Assembly (NCBI GenBank): GCA_963696405.1
Contig: CAVOJY010000003.1
Coordinates: forward strand, 262,156 to 326,155
Direction of reading: 5' to 3'
DNA length: 64,000 bases
From: an uncultured Chloroflexia bacterium
GTDB lineage: Bacteria > Chloroflexota > Limnocylindria > Limnocylindrales > CSP1-4
Made by a program: the position numbers and the translations under genes. Below, in pieces: positions 40,947 to 49,739 of this stretch; position 1 is the first letter of the stretch, and each line of letters starts with the position of its first letter. Below the pieces are notes generated by a model, which had not been told where the DNA came from, made no database searches, and was given only the letters and a program-made list of their open reading frames with translations.

Positions 40947-41077
40947 CGAGGGCGATCTCCGCAGGCGGTCGCGGCCGGGCCGCGCACAGGGATGGGATCG
41001 GGGCGGGGCGGCGCCGGGCGAGTATAGCCGCGGCATGTTCCGCTCCCGTCCGAGTTGACGATCGATGGTAGGGTGCG

Positions 41078-41626
41078 GTGGTGACGCACGCCGGCGGCCG
41101 GTTGTCGCCCAGGCACCTTGACGTCGTGGTCTGGCTCATGGCCGCCGCGCTCCTTGTCCGCGCCGTGCTCGGGCTGGCCGACGCGATCGCCCTCGCCGGG
41201 GGAGGGGTTCGCGCGCTGCCCGTGTGGGCCGGCATGGGGCTTGGCGCCACCTCGCCGCTCTGGTCGGCGATGCTCGCGCTCCTGGCGCTGGCCGGCGGCG
41301 TGGGGCTGATCGTCCGGTGGCCGACGGGCTGGCTCATCGCGCTGGGCGCCTGCGTGGGCTACCTGCTGTCGGGTCTCGGGGACCTCGCCTTCCTGGCCTC
41401 GGTGGCGGCGTTCGACCCGGCCGACTACATCGTGCTGTTCGCCGCGAACGTCGCCATGCCGGTCGTGGTGATCGCCGGCCTCCTCTGGACCCGCCCGGCC
41501 TTCCTGCTTCGCGCGCGGCAGGGGGCGGGGCCGGCCGTTCCCCCGGTCATGAGCCCCGTCGTTCCCCCGGGCATGAGCCCCGTCGCTCGCGATCGGGAGG
41601 AGCCGCCCGCGCGCGGATCGCGGTAG
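41078..41626 (+). CDS. Hypothetical four-TM membrane protein
   Basis: Hydrophobic segments; 24-bp duplication near the 3' end. Confidence 0.65.
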   Translation: MVTHAGGRLSPRHLDVVVWLMAAALLVRAVLGLADAIALAGGGVRALPVWAGMGLGATSPLWSAMLALLALAGGVGLIVRWPTGWLIALGACVGYLLSGLGDLAFLASVAAFDPADYIVLFAANVAMPVVVIAGLLWTRPAFLLRARQGAGPAVPPVMSPVVPPGMSPVARDREEPPARGSR

Positions 41627-41791
41627 CCGCGGCGATAGCGGTAGCCGCGGCGCCCCTCCCGGCGACCCGCGCAATCCGGTGCGGCCCCGCCGACGTACGC
41701 ATGGCAAGGCCGGTCGTACGATGTGCGTGGCGAGGCCCCCAGAACCCGCGTCCGAGCGCGGACCGGGCCACATCCGGCGGAGGATCGAAGA

Positions 41792-42367
41792 ATGGAGCGC
41801 AAGCACCTTCCGGGAACGGTGAGCGCGGTCGCGCTCCTGCCGCTCCGGGTCTTCCTGGGGATCACCTTCGTGTATGCCGGACTCGACAAGCTCCTCGATC
41901 CGGCCTTCTTCGACCTGGCTTCTCCGACCGGGATCAGGGCGCAGCTGGAGGGCTTCACCGCCGTCTCGCCACTCGCTCCGCTCATCCAGGGCGTGGCGCT
42001 GCCGGCCCCGATCGCGATCGGGGTCCTCATGGCGCTCGGCGAGATAGCCGTGGGCCTGGGGACGCTGACCGGGATCCTCTACCGACTCTCGGCGCTCGGT
42101 GGCGTGCTCATCTCCCTCACGCTCTTCCTCACAGCATCCTGGGCCGTGCGGCCCTACTACCTCGGCAACGACCTGCCGTACCTGCTCGGCTGGGTGACCC
42201 TGGCCATCGCGGGTTCGGGGGGCGTCCTTGTTCTTGGCCCCTGGCTCGGCCGGCGCCTCGGGCGGCTCCGTGCGCGGCCGGAGGACAGGGCCGAACCCAA
42301 CTCGACCGACGGCGCCGCCGGCGCCACACCCGTCACCACGACCACCACGGGAGGCTCCACGTCATGA
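41792..42367 (+). CDS. DoxX / TQO small-subunit (DoxD-like) membrane protein
   Basis: LPLRVFLGITFVYAGLDKL, GEIAVGLG, PYYLGND. Confidence 0.85.
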   Translation: MERKHLPGTVSAVALLPLRVFLGITFVYAGLDKLLDPAFFDLASPTGIRAQLEGFTAVSPLAPLIQGVALPAPIAIGVLMALGEIAVGLGTLTGILYRLSALGGVLISLTLFLTASWAVRPYYLGNDLPYLLGWVTLAIAGSGGVLVLGPWLGRRLGRLRARPEDRAEPNSTDGAAGATPVTTTTTGGSTS

Positions 42368-42882
42368 CCGAACCCACCGAAATCCGGATCCTGCAGGAGG
42401 AGTTCATCGGCGGGCGCGTCAGCCGCCGCGCCTTCATCGGCCGGGCAGTCGCCCTTGGTGTCTCGATGTCGGCGATCGGCGCGTTCCTTGCGGCCTGCTC
42501 GACGAGCGCGACATCCGCCCCGGCCACCCAGGCTCCGGCCTCGCAGGCTCCGGCGAGCGCGGGCGGCGGGTCGGGGGCGATCGCGAACACGAAGGACCTG
42601 GGTTCGAGCGCGTCGGTGGCGTTCAAGATCCCCTCGGACGGTCACCCCGGCGTCATCGTCAAGCTGGACGACGGCAGCTTCGTGGCCTACGACGCGACGT
42701 GCACCCATGCCGGCTGCACCGTCACCTACGACGGGACCAGTCTCTTGGTCTGCCCGTGCCATGGCAGCAGGTTCGACGCGGCCCAGGGGGCGAAAGTCGT
42801 GACCGGGCCCGCGTCGAGGCCCCTCACCGAGCTTCCGATCAAGGTCGACCAGGCAACCGGGGCCATCACGCTGGCCGGGTGA
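42364..42882 (+). CDS. Tat-exported Rieske [2Fe-2S] protein
   Basis: SRRAF twin-arginine motif, LAAC lipobox, CTHAGC and CPCHGS; ATGA overlap with doxX. Confidence 0.9.
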   Translation: MTEPTEIRILQEEFIGGRVSRRAFIGRAVALGVSMSAIGAFLAACSTSATSAPATQAPASQAPASAGGGSGAIANTKDLGSSASVAFKIPSDGHPGVIVKLDDGSFVAYDATCTHAGCTVTYDGTSLLVCPCHGSRFDAAQGAKVVTGPASRPLTELPIKVDQATGAITLAG

Positions 42883-42919
42883 TCGCCGGGAGCGGCCGCC
42901 GTCGTGGGGTGCGCGACCG

Positions 42920-43441
42920 CTACCAGCGCTCGCGGTGGAGGACCTCGTCCAGCGACTTCCGGCCACCGGCCCGGGGCGGCCGGGTGAGGTCCTCCGCGTC
43001 GGCGGGGTAGCCGAAGCTCAGGATGAATCCGCAGTGCAGGTCCTCCGGGTAGCCGAGGACCCGGCGGGCGATCGCGGGCTCGTAGACGGTTGCCGGCACG
43101 GAGCCGACACCCTGCACCCAGGCGGCCAGCACCATGTTCTGGGCGGCACGTCCCACGTCCCACATGACGCTCAGGCGCCCCGGTTTCGCGCACGGGTCGG
43201 GCGTGACGAGCGCGATGGCGGCGGCGGCGCCGGCAAGGTGGCCGGCGAACGGTCCCGACTTCGCGAGTTCCTGGAGCTTCGCTCGGTCGGTAACCACCAC
43301 GAAATCCCAGCGCTGGCGGTTCTTCGACGAGCCGGCATGCCTCCCCGCGTCGAGGATCCGGTCGAGGACCTCGGGAGGCAGCGGGTCCGGACGAAAGGCG
43401 CGCACAACGCGAACCGTGCGGATTGCATCCCAGGTGTCCAT
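42920..43441 (-). CDS. Nitroreductase family protein
   Basis: RVVRAF, GSSKNRQRW, DVGRAAQNMVLAA. Confidence 0.9.
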   Translation of the reverse strand: MDTWDAIRTVRVVRAFRPDPLPPEVLDRILDAGRHAGSSKNRQRWDFVVVTDRAKLQELAKSGPFAGHLAGAAAAIALVTPDPCAKPGRLSVMWDVGRAAQNMVLAAWVQGVGSVPATVYEPAIARRVLGYPEDLHCGFILSFGYPADAEDLTRPPRAGGRKSLDEVLHRERW

Positions 43442-43471
43442 GTGCCGGACTATACCCGGGGCGACCGGGGG

Positions 43472-44377
43472 CTACGGTCGGCGCGGCTTCGTCCCGAGAA
43501 TGGTCACGTACGGTCTCCGGACGCGGTATGACCGCGGGTCGAGACCTGCGAGGCTCTCGATGAGGTTCGTTCGCAGCTCCTCCCGGGCAGGTGCGTCGAG
43601 ACCCGCCTGTCGGACTGCCCGTTCCTCGTCGGCGACCACGATGTCCACCAGCGTGCCCGCATCGACGAAATCGACGACGAAGGCGTGGCGGCGGGTGACA
43701 ACCTGGTCGAAACCCGCACGCTCGAGCAGGCCCGCCAGGTGCTCGGGTCGGCTGTTCCGTGCGAGCGCCCGGTCCAGGGCGGCGCCGCACCGGCGCTCTT
43801 CATCGTCCGGCGACGGCAGAAGCTCCGCGAGGCGCTGCTCGACCCGCTCCCGGCCCACGGCCGCGGCTGGTCCCCAGACGGTGAACCCCGCCCGGCCGCC
43901 GGGTGCGAGCACCCGGAGGACGCCGCGCAGGGCCGAGGCGGGGCGGGGGAAGTGGTTGATCCCGAAGCCGCAGCCAACCCGGTCGAACGATCCGGGCGGG
44001 TAGGCCAGCCGCTCGGCGTCCATGACGCGCACCTCGATCTCCGCGAGTCCCGCCGCGGCCAGCACGGTGCGCGCGGCGGCGACCTGCTCCGGGGAGAGGT
44101 CGCACGCGCGGACCAGCCCGGGTCCCACGACCTTCGCAAAGGCACGGGCCACGAGCGCGCTGCCGCAGGCGAGGTCGAGGCATCGCTGGCCCGGCCGTGG
44201 CCGGAGATCCGCGGCCAGTCGCTCCGCCGGGAACCGGAAGTACCGCCCCAGCCACGGCTCCCAGAGCGGGCCGACCGCGTCGTAGTGGTCCCGCACGAAC
44301 GCCTTCAGCTGCCGCGCGCCGATCGGCGTGCGGCGGACGTTCCCCGGCGGGTCCGCCATCCCGGGTGTGTCGGTCAT
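43472..44377 (-). CDS. Class I SAM-dependent methyltransferase
   Basis: LDLACGS, DLS, MDAE, RVLAPGG. Confidence 0.85.
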   Translation of the reverse strand: MTDTPGMADPPGNVRRTPIGARQLKAFVRDHYDAVGPLWEPWLGRYFRFPAERLAADLRPRPGQRCLDLACGSALVARAFAKVVGPGLVRACDLSPEQVAAARTVLAAAGLAEIEVRVMDAERLAYPPGSFDRVGCGFGINHFPRPASALRGVLRVLAPGGRAGFTVWGPAAAVGRERVEQRLAELLPSPDDEERRCGAALDRALARNSRPEHLAGLLERAGFDQVVTRRHAFVVDFVDAGTLVDIVVADEERAVRQAGLDAPAREELRTNLIESLAGLDPRSYRVRRPYVTILGTKPRRP

Positions 44378-44383
44378 CACGTC

Positions 44384-44393
44384 ATGCTAGGCT
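44384..44393. promoter_or_regulatory. Overlapping bidirectional -10 elements for two leaderless genes
   Basis: Plus strand TAGGCT-N7-GTG (44401); minus strand TAGCAT-N6-ATG (44377). Confidence 0.6.
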
Positions 44394-44400
44394 CGGGTCC

Positions 44401-45186
44401 GTGCCCCTGCCGGCCTTCCACGGCGATCCGTTCCGTGTGCTCGGCGTCGATCCAGGCGCGACGGACGCCGCGCTCAAGCGACGCTGGCGGGAACTCGTCC
44501 GTGAGCACCACCCGGATCGCGCGGCCGACCCTGCCGAGACCGAGCGGCTCACCCGCAGGGTCGCGCGGATCAACGCGGCCTACGATGCGCTCCGCGACCC
44601 CGTCCGGCGAGCGGACTATCGCGCCCGGTCACGGGCGGCCGGCTGGTGGGATGGCGCCGGCCCGGGGACCGGGGGTGCCGGTTCGACAGGCGCCCCGTTC
44701 GCGGGTACGCCCGACGGGCGCGGCCAGGGGCCTCCACCCCCGCCGCGGACTCGACCGGTCACCGAGCGCGTGGACACGACCCCCGGGTATCGCCGCCGGA
44801 ATGCGACGCTCAGCTCATCCCGCGCCGGCCTGCGCGGCCACCGGCCGGTGAGCTCCCGCGACCTCCAGCCCGACCAGGAGCCGCTCCGCGCCAGCGACCC
44901 GACCGGGCCTGTGCACCGCCGGCGTGGCGGCCGCCGGCCACGGGTCCCCGACCTTTCGGAATCGCGGGCCATGGTCCTCGAGTTCGGCCGGTTCCGCGGT
45001 CATACCCTGGGCCAGGTGGAAGCCTTCGAACCGACCTATGTCGACTGGCTGGCGCGCACGATCACGCGCGACCGCGACCTCGTCATGGGCGCGCGCGTCA
45101 TCCAGGCGGACATGGACGAGCGCGGTGTCGAGCGACGGTGGCGCGAATCGGCTGCGCCGGGGCCGTCCCGCCAGGCGAACGGTTGA
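44401..45186 (+). CDS. J-domain protein with a C-terminal FG(R/K)-type small domain
   Basis: DPFRVLGV..HHPD..INAAYDAL; C-terminal LEFGRFRGHTLGQV..YVDWL. Confidence 0.82.
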   Translation: MPLPAFHGDPFRVLGVDPGATDAALKRRWRELVREHHPDRAADPAETERLTRRVARINAAYDALRDPVRRADYRARSRAAGWWDGAGPGTGGAGSTGAPFAGTPDGRGQGPPPPPRTRPVTERVDTTPGYRRRNATLSSSRAGLRGHRPVSSRDLQPDQEPLRASDPTGPVHRRRGGRRPRVPDLSESRAMVLEFGRFRGHTLGQVEAFEPTYVDWLARTITRDRDLVMGARVIQADMDERGVERRWRESAAPGPSRQANG

Positions 45187-45207
45187 CGACCGCCCTGCCT
45201 CGCGGGC

Positions 45208-45930
45208 TCAGGCGTCGAGACTCTCGGTCGCCGGAAGCCGACGCAGCGCCTCGCGGGCGAACCGCTGAGCCGAGCGGAGCGACGTGCCGGTCCAGTCGAC
45301 GCCCATCGCGTGAAGATCGGCGATCTCGGCCAGCCGTCCGCCGACCATGATGGACGGCGGTTCGGGCATCGCGCGGAGCGCAGCGACCGCCTCGGCGATC
45401 AGGTCGAGCTCAAGTTCCAGCGCCGCACTCAGGGCCACGAGCCGGGCCTGCATGCGGGTGGCGTACCGGACGAGGTCGTCCAGGGGAACGTCCTGGCGCA
45501 GGTTCGCCACCGACCAGCCCGCCTCTCGCAGGACGTGCTCGAGGGTGATCAGGCCGAGCGAGTGCTCTCCGCCGGTGATGCACGAGACGACCGCAAGCGG
45601 ACCGATCCGGTCGGACGGCGAGACCGAGGGCGCGACGACGGCCAGGGCGCTCGTGAGCGTCTGGCTCGCGAGGTGTTCCTCGCTGATCGTCCATCGCCCC
45701 TTCGACCAGTTCTCGCCGATCAGGCGCATCGCGTCGTGGACGAGCGTGTCGTAGACGTCGGCTCGCGGACGCCCGGAGAGCGCAACCCGGAGCGCCCAGG
45801 TCGCCAGGTCCACGTCGCCGTCGACGAGAAGTGCGGCGAAGGCCTCCGGCGTGACGGCGTCGGGTGCCGGCTGGAGCGAGCGGAGCGGGTCGACCGGCGG
45901 CAGGAAAGGCGGATCGGAGTTCTCGTTCAC
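45208..45930 (-). CDS. Stand-alone cobalamin-binding protein (CarH/AerR-type B12 domain)
   Basis: W-x9-EH (WSKGRWTISEEH), GEHSLG, MVGG; no HTH. Confidence 0.8.
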   Translation of the reverse strand: MNENSDPPFLPPVDPLRSLQPAPDAVTPEAFAALLVDGDVDLATWALRVALSGRPRADVYDTLVHDAMRLIGENWSKGRWTISEEHLASQTLTSALAVVAPSVSPSDRIGPLAVVSCITGGEHSLGLITLEHVLREAGWSVANLRQDVPLDDLVRYATRMQARLVALSAALELELDLIAEAVAALRAMPEPPSIMVGGRLAEIADLHAMGVDWTGTSLRSAQRFAREALRRLPATESLDA

Positions 45931-46004
45931 GGGGCGCACCATAGCAGAAGGGGCGGGCGGGCTAGACTGGCCACGCCTTCTCTTCGAAGCCGGAGGGATC
46001 CTGG

Positions 46005-46490
46005 ATGTACGTCGACGCGCTGTCGTTTCTCGAGGATGAGCGGGACGCGTGGGCGCCCTTCGAGGCGCTGCTCGAGCTGTCGGACGAAGCGCTCGAGCGA
46101 CCCACCGACCCGGGCGGCTCAGCCCACGGCTGGTCCGGGCGCGACCTGATGGCGCATCTCTCGTCGTGGCAGGCCATCTGCCTGGCCGCAGCCAGGGAGC
46201 TGGCGGTCGGCGAGGCGAGCGAGGCGATCGATCGGGCGGCAGAGGAATGGAGCGAGGGCGGGGACCTGATGAACGCCCGCCTGGGCTCGAGCTGGCACGA
46301 TCTCCCGCTCGACGAGGTCCGCCAACGCTTCCGCGACACGCCCGGTGAGCTGCGCGGCTACCTCACGGTGGTGCCCGAGGCACGCTGGATCAAGCACCCG
46401 GCGCACCTCGAGTTCTTCCTCGACAGCACCATCGACCACTACCCCGGGCACCTGCCCGAGCTCGAGGCGATCCTGGCTGCGGCCGGCTGA
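46005..46490 (+). CDS. DinB-like four-helix protein
   Basis: GWSGRDLMAHL and DHYPGH. Confidence 0.75.
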   Translation: MYVDALSFLEDERDAWAPFEALLELSDEALERPTDPGGSAHGWSGRDLMAHLSSWQAICLAAARELAVGEASEAIDRAAEEWSEGGDLMNARLGSSWHDLPLDEVRQRFRDTPGELRGYLTVVPEARWIKHPAHLEFFLDSTIDHYPGHLPELEAILAAAG

Positions 46491-46502
46491 GGCCCCGGGC
46501 GG

Positions 46503-46877
46503 TTACGCTTCCGCGACGGCCGGGCTCGGCTCCGCGACCGCGGGCCGCACGAACTTGTCGAGCTTGAAGGCCTGCTCGAGCTGCTCCATCGGCCGGAAGC
46601 CGACGACGCCGACCGGCGTCTCGCCCGGGGCGAAGAAGGCGATCGTGGGGATGCTCATGATCCCGAAGCTCTGCGAGAGCATGGGGTTCGCATCGACATC
46701 GACTTTCACGACCTGGACAGACCCCTGGTACTTCTCGGCGATCTTCTCCATCTCGGGTGCGACCATCCGGCAGGGGCCGCACCAGGCCGCCCAGAAGTCG
46801 ACCACGACGGGCTTGTCGCTCTTCAGGACAAGCTCCTCGAAGTTGGCGTCAGTGACTTCCTTGATGAGGTCCGACAT
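46503..46877 (-). CDS. trxA: Thioredoxin
   Basis: WCGPC and SIPT. Confidence 0.95.
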   Translation of the reverse strand: MSDLIKEVTDANFEELVLKSDKPVVVDFWAAWCGPCRMVAPEMEKIAEKYQGSVQVVKVDVDANPMLSQSFGIMSIPTIAFFAPGETPVGVVGFRPMEQLEQAFKLDKFVRPAVAEPSPAVAEA

Positions 46878-46955
46878 GTCGACGATGGTTCCTTTCTCCC
46901 GCACCTGCGGGTCCTGCGTTCCAGGCCTCGCGGCCGCGGTTGACTGAGGGCCGCC

Positions 46956-47300
46956 CTAGCGGGCGACTTCCTTGATGAGGCGGTAGGCCTCGAGGACCCG
47001 TTCGTCCGCGAGGCGGTAGTAGACGGCGTTGCCCTCCCGGCGCGCGACCACCAGGCCGGCGCTGCGGAGGACGGCGAGATGCTGACTCATGTTCGGCACG
47101 TGGCACCCGACGTCCCGCGACAGCTCAGACACGGAGCGCTCGCCCCGGGAGAGCTGTTCGAGCACGCAGAGCCGCTTTGGATCGGCGAGCGCGTGACCGA
47201 TCGCCGCGTAACGTTGCAGATCGGCGGCGCCGGCGTCAAAGGTACGGTCTCCGATGGAGGTGGCGCCGCCGGCCGGGCTGTTCGAGATGTTGACTGCCAT
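46956..47300 (-). CDS. ArsR/SmtB family regulator
   Basis: ALADPKRL, SQHLAVLR, REGNAVYYRL. Confidence 0.9.
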   Translation of the reverse strand: MAVNISNSPAGGATSIGDRTFDAGAADLQRYAAIGHALADPKRLCVLEQLSRGERSVSELSRDVGCHVPNMSQHLAVLRSAGLVVARREGNAVYYRLADERVLEAYRLIKEVAR

Positions 47301-47321
47301 GTGTGCCCATTCTCTCACTGT

Positions 47322-47337
47322 TTGCGCAAGCACGCAA
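47322..47337. promoter_or_regulatory. Candidate ArsR operator
   Basis: TTGCG-N6-CGCAA just upstream of arsR. Confidence 0.35.
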
Positions 47338-47882
47338 GTAGGTGTTCCGTCCAGCGTCGTAGGCCACGCCAGCCCGTCCGTCGGGCCCGAGTCCACATCG
47401 TCCAGGCGCCAGCGGGGCGAGGAACCGGGCGAGGGTGAAGTCGCCCGGGACCGAACTGCGGCCCTGCACTGCCCAGCGACGGGGGACCGACCACGTCATA
47501 CGCAAGCCCCCGTAGCCTTGGCCGGGATCGATCCGGCAGGACCGCCGCGGGGATGCGGAAGACCATGGCCCGATGTCCCGGCCCGAGCGTGAGGCGGGAC
47601 ATCCAGGCCGGAACCCTGGGCCACCCGGCCTGCGCTGACCGTGGGCGGGGCGGCCAACGCTACGGGCAGTTGCATTCGACCGGAAGGGCGGGTGCCGCGT
47701 CGCGACGCCGATTCCGGCCACCGCCGATTCCTGCGCCCGGACCCCGCCGGTTCTTGCCGCCGCCAGCCCCGGTCAGCCGGCAGCCGGCGCCCACGCGCCT
47801 GGGGTCGCGACCCGGCCCGACGATAGCCGCCGCTCGACTACCATGCGCGCAGACCCGCCCTCGCCCACGCTGGAGGCACGCG

Positions 47883-49214
47883 ATGACCGACGAGCCGATC
47901 CGCTTCGAAGGGGACGGGCGCCGTGCAGGCTCCCAGGGCCCGCCGGTGCCGCTCGAGATCGTCCTTGAAGCCGAGGGTTTCTCCTTCCGCGTTGGATCCG
48001 AACCCGTGCGCCGCGCGGCCTACCGCGACGCGGCCACGATCGCGATCGCCGACCAGGTGGGCTTCCTCGCCATCGGTCGCGGACCGGGCGGGGAGGAGCT
48101 GCGGCTTGACCGTTTCGGGGTCCAGCTCGGCGGGCTGATTCGCGAGCTCCGCGACCGACGCCTCCGGCAGGTTCTCGGCGACCGCTTTGTCGAGCTGCCG
48201 CGGGATCGTCCGATCGAGCTGGTCGAGTACGCGGCCCCGTCCGGCGCGGGGATCGCCCAGTTCGCCGCCCACCCCTGGGGGTTCGTCCTTGCACCGCTCG
48301 ATGAGCGAACCGCGTGGATCGGGGTTCGGCGGGGCGAGATCGGGGCAGTCGTGCCGCGGGAGGAGGTCGGCGGCGTGCGGGTCGAGGTGGCCGGCGGCGC
48401 AGGTGCCGTGGATCTCCTTCGCCTTGGGCCCGCGGCCGCGCGTTACGCGCAGGAACTGAGCGCCCTCCGCGATGGCGCCCGCGCCGACGCGTCGGCACTC
48501 GTCGGTGCGCTCATCCCGGATGCGCCGTTTGAGCTGCGCGATCGGGCCTCGCGCCTCCTCGTTGACGGCCGGCCGGCGGGCCCCGATGCGCTCGGCGAAG
48601 CGTGGCCGTGGCTCGAGCGCGCCGTCCTGTCGGAGCCGGTCTTCGCCGAGAGCTACAGGCTCCTCGTCACCCGGGCGGGTGGCGCGCAGGCCCTGCGATG
48701 GCTTGCGCTGTCACCGGTCGATCCCGGTTCCGACGAGCGGAGGGCATGGTTCTTCGTCGCCCTGCCCGGGAACCTCGTCGCGATGGAGCTGGTCAGCGAG
48801 GGTGCCCACGCGACGTACCTCTTCCGGGCCGTGCCGCGCCCGGGGTATGACGGTTCGGCGCCGCAGGCGATGCGGCCGGCGGTGGAGGCGGCGGTCGCAG
48901 GGGTCTCGACTGCCCTCGTCGATGCGCGGTTTCTCCGCGAGCCCATCGGCCTCCCCGACGACCAGCTGGCGGCGCCCGCCTACACGAGATACCGGTTCGC
49001 GCTGGCCGCGCTGCCGTCGCTGGCCACAGCCCGGCGCATGTTCGTGGCGCGCCTGGTCCACCGCGACGCGGGGGGCTGGTCGGCCGCCCTTGACGACCTG
49101 GTCCGGTGGCACGCCGGTGCCCGCGACGACGCCGCGGCCTGGCCGGGTCGCACGGCCCAGGAGGGAGCCATCGCCGAAGCCGCCGGATCCTCCGGCGGGA
49201 ACCCGGAGGGCTAA
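47883..49214 (+). CDS. Conserved hypothetical protein
   Basis: GGAGG RBS; ATYLFR..FLREPI motif; co-transcribed with the zinc-ribbon gene. Confidence 0.7.
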   Translation: MTDEPIRFEGDGRRAGSQGPPVPLEIVLEAEGFSFRVGSEPVRRAAYRDAATIAIADQVGFLAIGRGPGGEELRLDRFGVQLGGLIRELRDRRLRQVLGDRFVELPRDRPIELVEYAAPSGAGIAQFAAHPWGFVLAPLDERTAWIGVRRGEIGAVVPREEVGGVRVEVAGGAGAVDLLRLGPAAARYAQELSALRDGARADASALVGALIPDAPFELRDRASRLLVDGRPAGPDALGEAWPWLERAVLSEPVFAESYRLLVTRAGGAQALRWLALSPVDPGSDERRAWFFVALPGNLVAMELVSEGAHATYLFRAVPRPGYDGSAPQAMRPAVEAAVAGVSTALVDARFLREPIGLPDDQLAAPAYTRYRFALAALPSLATARRMFVARLVHRDAGGWSAALDDLVRWHAGARDDAAAWPGRTAQEGAIAEAAGSSGGNPEG

Positions 49215-49220
49215 GGACGA

Positions 49221-49714
49221 ATGCCTACGTACAAGCATCCCTGCCCGGTCTGCGGCAACTTCATCCAGCGCGACGTGGCGCGATGCCCGTTCTGCGGACG
49301 GGTCGACCCGTTCACGCCCGGGCGCTGCGAGCATTGCGGGGCGGCGATCGAAGACCCGAAGTGGGTCGCCTGCCCGCGGTGCGGCACCAGCCTGGGCGAA
49401 GAGAAGGTGACGGAGATGTACGCCGCGCCGCCAGGCGCTCCGGCCACCGCGCCGCCAGGCCTCCGGCCGCCGCTCCGCCAGGCCCGCCGGCCACCGCGCT
49501 GGCCCGGCCGGCCGCAGCAGTCGAGCCGACTGCGCCTGCCTTGCCCGTGGAGCCGGCCGCGCTTGTCCCCCCGCCTGTCACCCCGCCTGCGGCTTCGCCA
49601 CCTGTCCCGGAGGTGCAGGTTCCGGCCGGGCCCCGGGCCTTCTGCACGGCCTGCGGCCAGCCGCTCGACCCAGGGGCCCGCTTCTGCACGACCTGCGGGA
49701 CGCTCGTGGAGTAG
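49221..49714 (+). CDS. Multi zinc-ribbon protein with a frameshift in its Pro-rich repeat near 49460
   Basis: Four CxxC at the N-terminus and two more in another frame; the middle copy of a 24-bp repeat is 23 bp. Confidence 0.75.
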
Positions 49715-49739
49715 TGGTCAACGGCAGCAGGGGCGTGGA

